DNA from: Vicinamibacteria bacterium
GTDB taxonomy: Bacteria; Acidobacteriota; Vicinamibacteria; Marinacidobacterales; Marinacidobacteraceae
Assembly (NCBI GenBank): GCA_963555995.3
Contig: OY821641.1
Span: forward strand, 2,496,001-2,560,000
DNA: 64,000 nt
Direction of reading: 5' to 3'
In this document: positions 1-8,917 of the stretch, in pieces
Position numbering within the stretch: position 1 is the stretch's first letter
Layout of the letters: the number at the start of each line of letters is the position of its first letter
Translations under genes and position numbers: made by a program
The notes under the pieces: model-generated
Told to the model about the DNA's origin: nothing
Seen by the model: only the letters and a program-made list of their open reading frames with translations
The model's database searches: none

Positions 1-14
1 TCGGCGTCGAAGCC

Positions 15-548
15 GTGGAAGTCCGCCGGGCGGCGGCCCTCGGGGGGCTCGACGGGCTGATCATCCCGGGCGGGGAAAGCTCGACCATGCTCAAGTTCCT
101 CCTCGAGGAGGACCTCTTCGATCCCCTGGTCGCGTTTCACCGGGAGGGGGGCGCGCTCTACGGGACCTGCGCCGGCGCCATCCTGCTGGCCCGCACCGTG
201 GAGAATCCGGCGCAGGAGTCGCTCGGGCTGCTGGACATCGAGATTCAGCGCAACGGGTACGGCCGCCAGTTGGAGAGCCACCTCGGCGCCTGTTCCTGTG
301 CCGAACTCGGTGGGCCGGACCTGCCCCTGGTCATGATCCGCGGCCCGGTGATCAGCAAGGTCGGCCCGGGCGTGCGGGTGCTCGCCGAATGGCGCGGACA
401 GCCGGCCTTCGTCCGCGAGGGAAGGATCCTCGCCACCACCTTCCACCCCGAACTGACGGACGACACCCGCATCCACGCGTATTTCCTGGAACTGGCAGCC
501 GGTGGTGAAGCCCCCGGGAGCGCCGAGAGCGGGGAGACGCCCCGCTGA
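15..548 (+). CDS. pdxT: Pyridoxal 5'-phosphate synthase glutaminase subunit (5' end probably outside the window)
   Basis: GLIIPGGES, GTCAG (nucleophile Cys), RNGYGRQ and TFHPEL motifs. Confidence 0.92.
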   Translation: MEVRRAAALGGLDGLIIPGGESSTMLKFLLEEDLFDPLVAFHREGGALYGTCAGAILLARTVENPAQESLGLLDIEIQRNGYGRQLESHLGACSCAELGGPDLPLVMIRGPVISKVGPGVRVLAEWRGQPAFVREGRILATTFHPELTDDTRIHAYFLELAAGGEAPGSAESGETPR

Positions 549-599
549 CAAGGCGGTTGAGGGAGGGAAACCGGGTGGTTTCCGACCGAAACGCAACGC
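499..599 (+). repeat. 101-bp structured repeat family B, copy 1 (overlaps the pdxT 3' end)
   Basis: Colinear with 8742-8842 (~83/101 identical by hand); internal hairpin GGAAACC-GGGT-GGTTTCC. Confidence 0.75.
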
Positions 600-629
600 C
601 GAGGGCCGCGCGCGCCGGTCTCGGATGGC

Positions 630-705
630 GTTGCGACGTGCGCGGCGCGGAGCGCCACGCGTGCCGGTCTGGAGACCGGCGTTCCAAGCCGGTGCGTCAC
701 CTCCG
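630..705 (+). repeat. REP-like double-hairpin repeat family A
   Basis: GTTGCGACGTGCGCGGCGCGGAGCGCC..GCGTGCCGGTCTGGAGACCGGCGTTCCAAG; many copies in the window. Confidence 0.85.
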
Positions 706-830
706 TGTCAAGCGACACCTAGTTTGGCCCAGATAAACGACACCTACTTTGTCACCCTGGAGAGCCTGTTTCGGCGGGGAAGGAGGGACGTTGGGGAGCG
801 CGGCGGGAGCCCGGAGGGCGACCAGAGCGC

Positions 831-1688
831 TCACCGACGTCCCTCCTTCCCCGCCGGCGCCGCGGCGGGGGATGAGGCCGCCTCTTCCGGGAGGAGGAAG
901 GATCGAGCGATCGTCTCCTGGCGCTCCCGGAAGCTCTGCTCCAGATCCCGCAGCCGATAGCTGCGGCCACGGATGTCGAGGACCACGCAGCGGTGCAGGA
1001 ACCGGTCCAGGATCGCGCTCGCCAGCACCGCGTCCCCCGCCAGCACCTCCGGCCATTCCCGGATCGCCTTGTTCGTCGTGACCAGCACGCTCCCCCGCTC
1101 ATGCCGGTCGTTGATCAACCGGAACAGTTGACTCGCTTCCTTCGCGTCCAGGGCTTCGTAGCCCATCTCGTCGATGATCAACAGCGACGCCGACAGATAC
1201 CGCCGGTTCCCCCGTGGCGTCGTCGACCCCTCATGCCGCTTCAGGGTCCGCAGCAACTCGTCCAGCCGGTAGAACGCCACCCGGAACCCGTTCTCCAGCG
1301 CCCGCATCCCCAGACCCGCCGCCAGGTGCGTCTTCCCCACCCCCGGCGGGCCCTGCAGCAGAACGTTCTGCCGCTCCCGGATCCAACCGCAGGTGCCCAA
1401 CAGTTCCACCCGCGTCCGGTCCAGCGTCGGCTGGAAGCCGAAGTCGAAGTTCCCCAGGGTCCGTCCCAGAGGCAACCCCGCCATCCGCAGCCCCATCTCC
1501 AGCCGCCGCTGCCGGCGGAACTCCCTCTCCGTCTCCAGGACCCGAACCAACAGGCGATGCGCCGGCAGCTCCTCCCGCGCACACTCGGTCAGCAACTCGG
1601 ACAACCGAGCCGATGCCTCCCGCATCCCGAGCTCTCCCAGGATCCGCCGCGTCCGGTCCAGGTCCAGGTCCACATCCATACTCACCAT
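831..1688 (-). CDS. istB: IS21 helper ATPase IstB
   Basis: FDFGFQP, Walker A GPPGVGKT, Walker B LLIIDEMG, TTNK, AILDRFLH, GRSYR; ATG overlaps the istA stop. Confidence 0.92.
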   Translation of the reverse strand: MVSMDVDLDLDRTRRILGELGMREASARLSELLTECAREELPAHRLLVRVLETEREFRRQRRLEMGLRMAGLPLGRTLGNFDFGFQPTLDRTRVELLGTCGWIRERQNVLLQGPPGVGKTHLAAGLGMRALENGFRVAFYRLDELLRTLKRHEGSTTPRGNRRYLSASLLIIDEMGYEALDAKEASQLFRLINDRHERGSVLVTTNKAIREWPEVLAGDAVLASAILDRFLHRCVVLDIRGRSYRLRDLEQSFRERQETIARSFLLPEEAASSPAAAPAGKEGRR

Positions 1689-2935
1689 CGCGCTACCTCC
1701 GCCAGCGCCGCATACAGATCCAGGGGACGTTCCTCCGGAGCCATCGCCCCGATCTCCTCCAGCCGACGCCCCATCCGCCCCAGCGGCGCCGGCGCGATCA
1801 CCCGACCCGTCGAAGCCCCCTCGTAATGCGACAAGTCGCGCACAAGCAAGGAGTTGCCCTCTCGGGGATGCTCCGCCACCACCTCCCCGCGATCCAACAC
1901 CTGCACCCGGCGCGCGCACCGGCGCACCTCCACCCGGGTCCCCACCAGACGGAACGGCACCGACCAGCTCCGGCTGTCGAACGCCACCGTGCAGTCCTTC
2001 CGCACCGGCCGCAGCCCCACCAGGTCGAACGGCTCCGGCAACCCCGTGCAGTCCCCCAAATACCCCTGCTCCTCCTCCCAACTCTCCAACACCCCGCGCC
2101 CCGTCGCCGGGCTCGTCCGGCGCGACTCCCACTCCAGCAACCGAGCGTCCGTCCACGCCTGCAACTCCTCCAGGCTCGACCACTCGCTCGTCGGCCCCGG
2201 ACCCCAACCCCGCAGGTCCAGGATCCCTCGCTCCACCTTCCCCTTCGCCTCCGGAGACCGCGGCGGACAGGGATCGATGTGAAACCGCGCCTCCTCCGCA
2301 TACCGCAAATAGGCCCGGTTCACCTCCCCCCAGACCCCCGCGCCGCGCACTATCGCCGTCTTCACGTTGTCCATCCGTACCGTCGCCGTCACCCCCTTCA
2401 GACGCACAAACGCCTGCCCGTGAACCCACAACCACGACAGCGTGTCCTTCAACGGGGACCACACCACCGCGCTCTTCCGCGAAAAGCTCAACCGCAGCGC
2501 AAACGCACTTACCCCCCGCCGGCCTCCAACCAGCATCCCCGGCGCCTCCGCCCAGTCCGCCTGCGCCTGCGCCCCCGGCGGCGTCTCCACCCGACGCCGC
2601 GCCCGTACCCGGCCCGGACCCAACCGACGACGCAGATACCGCTGCACCGACCGCAGGCTCCCCACATACCCGTGCTCCGCCACCAAATGCTCGTGCAGCG
2701 CCGTCGCGTTCAAGGGCTGACCCCCCGCAAAGTCCGCGCACCACTCCCGGATCTCCTCCCCAAGCCTCGAAGCGCGCTCAACCTTCCCGCGACCGTCGCG
2801 CCTACCCTCCTCGCGACCCAGCTCGTAGCGAACCTGACGCTCGCTCACCCGCGCCGCCCGCGCGATCTCACGCCGGGAACAACCACGCTCCGAAAGCGCC
2901 CTGATCGTCATCCGAAGCTCCTTGCTGAGTGCCAT
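1682..2935 (-). CDS. istA: IS21 DDE transposase IstA
   Basis: N-terminal HTH, ETPPGAQAQADW, DNVKTA, PEAKGKVER. Confidence 0.92.
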   Translation of the reverse strand: MALSKELRMTIRALSERGCSRREIARAARVSERQVRYELGREEGRRDGRGKVERASRLGEEIREWCADFAGGQPLNATALHEHLVAEHGYVGSLRSVQRYLRRRLGPGRVRARRRVETPPGAQAQADWAEAPGMLVGGRRGVSAFALRLSFSRKSAVVWSPLKDTLSWLWVHGQAFVRLKGVTATVRMDNVKTAIVRGAGVWGEVNRAYLRYAEEARFHIDPCPPRSPEAKGKVERGILDLRGWGPGPTSEWSSLEELQAWTDARLLEWESRRTSPATGRGVLESWEEEQGYLGDCTGLPEPFDLVGLRPVRKDCTVAFDSRSWSVPFRLVGTRVEVRRCARRVQVLDRGEVVAEHPREGNSLLVRDLSHYEGASTGRVIAPAPLGRMGRRLEEIGAMAPEERPLDLYAALAEVARW

Positions 2936-3034
2936 GGCGGTCCCCCTGAAGCGAGAACCGAAGCCTCAGCCAACGACGCAAACAGGTGACAAAGTTCGTG
3001 TCGTTTAAGCCCGATCTTTACCTGTCGTTTGACA

Positions 3035-3260
3035 CTCCGCTCTTGAGCCGCGCCGCGTTGGGCGCCGACCTTCCCGCGTGACCTTGCGACGTGCGCGGCG
3101 CGGAGCGCCACGCGTGCCGGTCTGGAGACCGGTGTTCCAAGCCGGTGCGTCACCTCCGCTCTTGAGCCGCGCCGCGTTGGGCGCCGACCTTCCCGCGTGA
3201 CCTTGCGACGTGCGCGGCGCGGAGCGCCACGCGTGCCGGTCTGGAGACCGGCGTTCCAAG
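3035..3260 (+). repeat. Two tandem 119-bp units, each containing a family A REP
   Basis: 3035-3153 and 3154-3260 are near-identical and continue the array interrupted by IS21. Confidence 0.88.
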
Positions 3261-3303
3261 AAAAAAGCGCCCCGGGCCTTGCGGGAGCAGGACCCGGGGC
3301 GCT
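3261..3303 (-). terminator. Rho-independent terminator of pal
   Basis: AGCGCCCCGGG...CCCGGGGCGCT stem followed by a T run on the minus strand, just after the pal stop. Confidence 0.75.
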
Positions 3304-3319
3304 CCGTGGAGCGGAAGTG

Positions 3320-3886
3320 TTACTTCGCGGTGATCTTGAAGTGGGCGCGACGGTTCCGCTGCCAGCAGTCCTCGTCGCTCTCGGTGCACTGCGGGCGCTC
3401 CTTCCCGTAGCTGATCATTTCGAGCCGGCTGTCCGGGACCCCGAGCGATACGAGGTAGTCGTAGGCGGCGCGAGCCCGGCGCTCACCGAGCGCCTGGTTG
3501 TACTCGACGGTGCCGCGCTCGTCGCAGTGTCCTTCGATCTGGATCGTCGCGGAGACGTAGGGCCGCTGCAGCCAGGCTGAGTTGGCCTGGAGCGCGCTCC
3601 GGGAGGCATCGGTCAACTCGGACTCGTCGTACGCGAAGTAGACGTCCGAGAGGTTCTGCTGCAACTCCATCATGTCCGTGTCCAGATAGATGTCCCGCTC
3701 CGTCGGAGGCGGTGGCGGCGGCGGCGGCGGTGGCGGCGGTGGCGGTGGCGGCGGCGGCGGCGGCGGTGGCGGCTCCTCGGGTGGCGGCGGCGGCGGTGGC
3801 GGCGGCTTGGAGCACGCCGAGACAGCGAACCCGAGAGCGACCGTCGCGAGAGACAGCAACAGCAGGGTGGCGATGGCTTTTCTCAC
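3320..3886 (-). CDS. pal: Peptidoglycan-associated lipoprotein (OmpA-like domain) with polyproline linker
   Basis: GTG start with GGAGG; lipobox VSAC; VYFAYD, EGHCDERG, YNQALGERRA, SYGKERP, NRRA. Confidence 0.88.
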   Translation of the reverse strand: MRKAIATLLLLSLATVALGFAVSACSKPPPPPPPPPEEPPPPPPPPPPPPPPPPPPPPPPPTERDIYLDTDMMELQQNLSDVYFAYDESELTDASRSALQANSAWLQRPYVSATIQIEGHCDERGTVEYNQALGERRARAAYDYLVSLGVPDSRLEMISYGKERPQCTESDEDCWQRNRRAHFKITAK

Positions 3887-4014
3887 AAGGAAACCTCCGG
3901 GGACAGCGAATGAAATAGCCTTCAAGAGGCTATCGGATCGTTCTCACCGAAGTCAACGACATACCGGCGAGTTCCGGTGCCGTTGCGGCGTCTCCAGATC
4001 CCGGAAAACCCGAA

Positions 4015-4767
4015 TCAGCCCCCGGTTTCCTCGAGGATCCGAAGCGCCGCCGACCGGGGATCCGCGTCCCTCGTGATGGCCCGGCCGACGACGAGGTAGT
4101 TCGCCCCCCGCCGCGCCGCTTCGCCGGGAGTCGCGACCCGCCGCTGATCGTGCGTATCCGCCGCCCAGCGGGGCCGGACCCCCGGCACGAGCAGCACGAA
4201 ACCGTCGCCGAGAGCGTCCCGGAGCGCCGCGGCTTCGGCGGCGGAGGCGACCACGCCCCCCAGCCCGGCGGTCCGGGCGAGCCGCGCGAGGTTCAGGACC
4301 TGGTCCTCGACGGACACCCCGGGATACACCTCGGCGGCGCTCTCCGGGTCGAAGTGGGTCAGGACCGTGACCCCGAGCAGAAGCGGCGGCGCCGGAGCGG
4401 ACGAGGCCGCCCGGGCCGCCGCCTCCAGCATCGGCCGCCCTCCGGAGGCGTGGACATCGAGAATGCTCGCCCCCAGGGATGCCGAGGCCCGCACCGCACC
4501 GGCCACCGTGGCCGGGATGTCGTGGAACTTCAGGTCGAGGAACACGCGCCCCACCGAGGAGAACTCGGAAACGGCGCGCGGGCCCGCCGCCGTGAAGAGC
4601 TCCTTGCCCACCTTGTAGAACGAGGCCGCGCCGGCCAGGGTGTCCCGGAGCCGGAGCGCCTCGTCGAGGGACGGGGTATCCACGGCGACCACCAGTTCGC
4701 CGGCCCCGGGCCCCGCCACCCAGTCGGGGCGCGGCGGAGGCGCCGGACCGGAACGGACCGGGGGCAT
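4015..4767 (-). CDS. pyrF: Orotidine-5'-phosphate decarboxylase
   Basis: VAVD, FLDLKFHDIPATV, VTVLT, PGVR, DQRR, VVGRAIT. Confidence 0.93.
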   Translation of the reverse strand: MPPVRSGPAPPPRPDWVAGPGAGELVVAVDTPSLDEALRLRDTLAGAASFYKVGKELFTAAGPRAVSEFSSVGRVFLDLKFHDIPATVAGAVRASASLGASILDVHASGGRPMLEAAARAASSAPAPPLLLGVTVLTHFDPESAAEVYPGVSVEDQVLNLARLARTAGLGGVVASAAEAAALRDALGDGFVLLVPGVRPRWAADTHDQRRVATPGEAARRGANYLVVGRAITRDADPRSAALRILEETGG

Positions 4768-4769
4768 CG

Positions 4770-5714
4770 TCACCCGGCCGTTCCGGGCCGCATGGCCCCG
4801 GTCAGGTCGCGCAGCGCGGCGACCTCGTGCCGGCGGCAGTACGCAGCCAGCCCGTCGAAGGTGCGCCGCCAGACGCCGGGGTCCACGAAGTTCATGGTGC
4901 CGATCTGGACCGCCGCGGCCCCGACGAGCAGGAATTCGAGGGCGTCTTCGGCGCTCGCGATCCCACCCATTCCGATGACCGGAAGCCGGCTTCCCCGCGC
5001 GACCTCCCACACCATGCGCACCGCGATGGGGCGGACCGCCGGCCCCGACAGTCCGCCGACGACGTTCGCGAGGCGCGGGCGCCGCGTCTCCACGTCCACC
5101 GCCATCGCGGGGATGGTGTTGATGAGGGACACCGCGTCGGCGCCCGCCTCCGCGACCCGCCGGGCCACGGCGGCCATGTCGCTGGCGCTCGGGCTGAGCT
5201 TCGGAATCACCGGCAGCCTCGTGCCCCGGCGCACCACCTCGGTGGCCCGCGCCGCCATGTCCGGATCGCAGCCGAACTCGATCCCGCCTTCCGCGACGTT
5301 CGGGCAGGAGATGTTCACCTCGATGGCGGACACCCCTTCCGCCTGGTCGAGGACCTTCGACAGCTCGCCGTATTCCTCGAGCGAACTCCCGCAGATGTTG
5401 GCGATGACGATCTTCCCGAGCGCCCGGACGGCCGGGAGCTTCTCGGCGAGGAAGCGCCGGATACCGACCTCCTGGAGGCCGATGGCGTTCAGCATGCCGG
5501 ACGGGGTCTCCCAGATTCGCGGCGGCGGGCACCCCGCTCGGGGCTCGAGGTAGAGGCCCTTGACCGAGATCGCGCCGATGCAGTCGTAGTCCGCCACCTG
5601 CCGGTACTCGTCGCCGTAGCCGAAAGTGCCGCTGGCGGCGATCAGGGGGGTGGGCAGCCGCAGCCCGGCCACATCCACGCCCATGTCCACGGTCGTGGCG
5701 CCTGGCTCGGACAT
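4770..5714 (-). CDS. pyrD: Dihydroorotate dehydrogenase family 1B, catalytic subunit
   Basis: ASGTFG, NAIGL, NISCPN, KLSP, INT, GGLSG; TGATG overlap with pyrK. Confidence 0.93.
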   Translation of the reverse strand: MSEPGATTVDMGVDVAGLRLPTPLIAASGTFGYGDEYRQVADYDCIGAISVKGLYLEPRAGCPPPRIWETPSGMLNAIGLQEVGIRRFLAEKLPAVRALGKIVIANICGSSLEEYGELSKVLDQAEGVSAIEVNISCPNVAEGGIEFGCDPDMAARATEVVRRGTRLPVIPKLSPSASDMAAVARRVAEAGADAVSLINTIPAMAVDVETRRPRLANVVGGLSGPAVRPIAVRMVWEVARGSRLPVIGMGGIASAEDALEFLLVGAAAVQIGTMNFVDPGVWRRTFDGLAAYCRRHEVAALRDLTGAMRPGTAG

Positions 5715-6550
5715 CAGAGCGGATGGGGGTCGCGGTCCCAGGCGATCGTTGCGGCGTCGAAGACCGGCCCCTCGGTGCAACTCCGCAGGTACTCCTCCGG
5801 GCCGCCGGACGGGGGCCGCGCCCAGACGACGCAGCCGAGGCAGCATCCCATGCCGCACCCCATCCGGCGCTCGATCGAGACCTGGTGGGGAACGCCGGCG
5901 GCGGTCGCGAGCTCCGCCACTTTCAGCAGCATGCCCGTCGGCCCGCACGAGTAGAGAACCGGCCGGACCGTGTCCGCCAGCGCGGCGTCGAGCAGCGCGG
6001 TGACGAATCCGTGGTGGCCCGCGCTGCCGTCCTCGCTGGCCACCCGCACGTCCATCCCGAAACGCTCGAAGGTGTCCCACAGGTAGAGGTCGGGCCGGCG
6101 CCTGCCACCGAGCAGCACGATGCCCCGGCGCCCGCTCTCCGCCAGCCGGCGGCAGAAGAGCACGAAGGGCGCGATCCCCACGCCGCCGGCGACGATCACC
6201 GGCGTCCGGTCCGGAGGCGGCAGGTCGAAGGTGGTCCCCAGCGGGCCCAGACTGGACACCTCCCCGCCGACGGGCAGGTTCATGAGGGCCCGGGTCCCCA
6301 CCCCGACCTCCTTGACCAGCAGGGTGAAGGCGCCGTCATCCGGCAGGTCGCAGAACGAATACGGCCGCCGCAGCAGGCCGCCCCCGTCCACCCGGACCAT
6401 GGTGAACTGGCCCGGCAGGACCCGAAGCGGCGCCTCGCTCTCGAAACGGAGCAACTGGGCGTCCGGCGAGAGCTGGTCCCGGGCCACGAGCGTCGCCCCC
6501 CGGTCCGCCCGGGGGGGACCCGGCCCGCCGACCGCTTCGCTAAGCGTCAC
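5714..6550 (-). CDS. pyrK: Dihydroorotate dehydrogenase electron-transfer subunit
   Basis: PGQF, RRPYS, GGVGIAP, CGP, MGCGMGCCLGC...C.EGPVF 2Fe-2S motif. Confidence 0.92.
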   Translation of the reverse strand: MTLSEAVGGPGPPRADRGATLVARDQLSPDAQLLRFESEAPLRVLPGQFTMVRVDGGGLLRRPYSFCDLPDDGAFTLLVKEVGVGTRALMNLPVGGEVSSLGPLGTTFDLPPPDRTPVIVAGGVGIAPFVLFCRRLAESGRRGIVLLGGRRRPDLYLWDTFERFGMDVRVASEDGSAGHHGFVTALLDAALADTVRPVLYSCGPTGMLLKVAELATAAGVPHQVSIERRMGCGMGCCLGCVVWARPPSGGPEEYLRSCTEGPVFDAATIAWDRDPHPL

Positions 6551-8243
6551 GGGCGGTCACCCGATCCACCTCGGAGAGGGTGGTCGCCCCGCGCGCCACG
6601 AGTTCGAGGGCGTTCCGGCGCAGCGGGACCATCCCCTCCGATTCCGCCTGCGCGCGGATCGCGCCCGCACCCCCGCGCACGAGGATCAGTTCCCGGATGG
6701 ACGCGCTGAGCGGCAGGACCTCGGCGACCACGGTCCGCCCCCGGTACCCCGCTCCGTCGCACTTCCGGCAGCCGCGCGGCTGGAAGACCTGGTCGGAGGG
6801 AGACGGGAACACCGAGAGGGCCGTCCGTTCCGCCGCGCCGGGCGGGCCCGGCTCGCGGCACTCACGGCAGAGCACCCGGACCAGGCGCTGGGCGACGATG
6901 CAGTTCAGGGCGGAGACGAAGTTGTGGGGGTCGGCGCCCATGTGCAGGAAGCGTCCGACCACGTCGAGCGCGTGGTTGGCGTGAACCGTGGTAAGGACGA
7001 GATGGCCGGTGAGGGCCGCCTGCACCGCGATGGAGGCCGTCTCCGGATCCCGGACCTCACCCACCATGATGGTGTCCGGGTCGTGCCGCAGGATGGAGCG
7101 CAGGCCGCGGGCGAACGTGAGGCCCTTCTTCTCGTTCACCGGGACCTGGGTGACTCCGGCGATCTCGTACTCGACGGGGTCCTCCACGGTCACGATCTTC
7201 TCCTCCGGAGTCGCGATCTCGGAGAGGGCCGCGTAGAGGGTCGTCGTCTTGCCGCTTCCGGTGGGGCCGGTGGCAAGCAGCATCCCGAAGGGACGGCGCG
7301 CGTGCTCGCGGAGGAGTCCCAGTTCCCGGCCCGAGAAACCGAGCGCCTCGAGGGAGAGCGCCTCGAAGCGGGTTCCCAGGCTGCGCTTGTCGAGCACCCG
7401 GATCACCACGTCTTCGCCGTGCACGCTGGGCATGACGGAAACGCGGAAGTCCACGGTCCGCGGGGTGCGCTCGCTCCCTCCGGGAAGCACTGCCCGGAAC
7501 CGTCCGTCCTGCGGGACACGCCGCTCCGCGACGTCGAGCTCCGCCATCACCTTGAGCCGCGCCACGATGGTCTGGTGGTGGGCGCGGTCCACCGGCTCCA
7601 TCGCCGGATAGAGCACGCCATCCACCCGGTACTTCAGCACCACCTCCCCGGACTTGGTCTCGATGTGGATGTCGGTGGCGCGCCGCTCGATGGCGTTCAG
7701 GAGCAGCGAGTCCACGAGCCGGACCACGGGGCTCCCGGTCCGGGAGTCTTCGAGCGCGTCGAGCGAGATCACGGGCGGGCCGGAGTCCCCGTCACCCCGC
7801 CCGAGGCGCTCGATGCGAAGGTCCTCCGACGCGCGGTCCAGCAGGAAGCTGGAGTCCGTGTTCCGCTCGATGATCGCGTCGATCTGCGCCGGATCGCCCA
7901 CGTGGACGACCACCGGGCGCCGGAGCAGCAGCTCCAGCCGGTCCACCTCGGACTCGACGACCGGAGGCGCCACGACGATGGAGAGACGCTCGCCGTCCTC
8001 GGCCAGCGGAACGAAACGGTGGCGCCGCACCAGTTCCATGGGAACGCTGCGCCAGAGCGCGGGATCGTCCCGATATCCCGCGAGGTCGGCCGCGGGGTAA
8101 AGCGGAGACGACGGCTCCGATGCTCGCGCCGCCCGGCCTCTGGTCAACGGATCCATCCCCTGGTCTCGGAACTCCATCGTCTTCGATGGACAGCGAACGG
8201 ATAACCGCCCGGGGGCGTTCCGCGCAACCGCGACCGTTCGCAA
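6540..8243 (-). CDS. GspE/PilB/PulE-family secretion ATPase (start uncertain)
   Basis: TDIHIE, ERRVPQDG, GPTGSGKTTT, EDPVE, LRHDPD, TGHLVLTTVH, CxxC...CxxC. Confidence 0.9.
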   Translation of the reverse strand: MRTVAVARNAPGRLSVRCPSKTMEFRDQGMDPLTRGRAARASEPSSPLYPAADLAGYRDDPALWRSVPMELVRRHRFVPLAEDGERLSIVVAPPVVESEVDRLELLLRRPVVVHVGDPAQIDAIIERNTDSSFLLDRASEDLRIERLGRGDGDSGPPVISLDALEDSRTGSPVVRLVDSLLLNAIERRATDIHIETKSGEVVLKYRVDGVLYPAMEPVDRAHHQTIVARLKVMAELDVAERRVPQDGRFRAVLPGGSERTPRTVDFRVSVMPSVHGEDVVIRVLDKRSLGTRFEALSLEALGFSGRELGLLREHARRPFGMLLATGPTGSGKTTTLYAALSEIATPEEKIVTVEDPVEYEIAGVTQVPVNEKKGLTFARGLRSILRHDPDTIMVGEVRDPETASIAVQAALTGHLVLTTVHANHALDVVGRFLHMGADPHNFVSALNCIVAQRLVRVLCRECREPGPPGAAERTALSVFPSPSDQVFQPRGCRKCDGAGYRGRTVVAEVLPLSASIRELILVRGGAGAIRAQAESEGMVPLRRNALELVARGATTLSEVDRVTARDA

Positions 8244-8300
8244 CCGCGGCGGGAGACTACCGGGGCCGCCGCGCCGGCGGGCCCTCGCTCCGGAAGGCTG

Positions 8301-8576
8301 CTAGTCGCAGCAGTCGGCCTGGAAGGGTTTGGAGACCTTGCAGCGGACCACGTTCCGCGCCGGGATCTCGATGGCCTCGCCCGTACGGACGTTGCGGCCC
8401 ATCCTCGCTTCCCGGTGGGCAACCGAAAACTTGGCGATTCCCGGAAGCACGAAATCGTTGCCGGCGCGCAACTCCTCGATCGCCAGATCACGCAGTCCGT
8501 TGAGGACCTCACCAGCTTCGCGACGACTGATTTGAGCATGGTCTGCCAGGGTCGTTACGAGTTCCACCTTGGTCAT
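8301..8576 (-). CDS. HU-family DNA-binding protein
   Basis: MTKVELV, LPGIAKF, REARMGRNVRTGEAIEIPA. Confidence 0.88.
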   Translation of the reverse strand: MTKVELVTTLADHAQISRREAGEVLNGLRDLAIEELRAGNDFVLPGIAKFSVAHREARMGRNVRTGEAIEIPARNVVRCKVSKPFQADCCD

Positions 8577-8741
8577 TGTCGATCTGGTTCCTTTCTTTGC
8601 CCAAGCGGGGTTGGTGCGCTCCACCACTCGATCATGAGCGGCTCGGAGCGCGCGACGCTCCGCAGCGTATCACAGGCCCGCGTGTGCATCGTCCGACAAA
8701 ATTGAGCTTTTCTTGCGCCTGTTGCGGAGCTTTGTCAACAA

Positions 8742-8842
8742 CCGGTGATGAAGCCCACGTGAGCGCCGAGTCGGGTGAGGCGCCCGGCTGACAGGGCGCG
8801 TGAGAAAGGAATACCGGGTGTATTCCGACCGAAACGCAACGC
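8742..8842 (+). repeat. 101-bp structured repeat family B, copy 2
   Basis: Homologous to 499-599; hairpin GGAATAC-CGGGT-GTATTCC. Confidence 0.75.
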
Positions 8843-8917
8843 GGCGCGCATCGCAGCGGCGCGGTTCAGACGGGATGCATCGCCCGTCGAACGCCGCGTG
8901 GGTCTTGCCACCGGCCG

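Larger units (their letters stand above)
706..3034 (-). mobile_element. Complete IS21-family insertion sequence
   Basis: TGTCAA...TTGACA ends with ~50-bp imperfect IRs (TGTCAA.CGACA...AAACGACAC..ACTTTGTCACC); 5-bp target duplication CTCCG at 701-705 and 3035-3039; istA-istB. Confidence 0.93.

Noticed and set aside
1689-2744. Long N-terminal extension of IstB, or an IstA-IstB frameshift fusion
   Set aside because: The extension is low-complexity Gly/Ala shadow of istA, IstB has its own coupled ATG, and no slippery heptamer was seen at the junction
3035-3260. Possible CRISPR array
   Set aside because: Units are 119 bp with identical inter-repeat sequence, the motif is dispersed like a REP, and no cas genes are present
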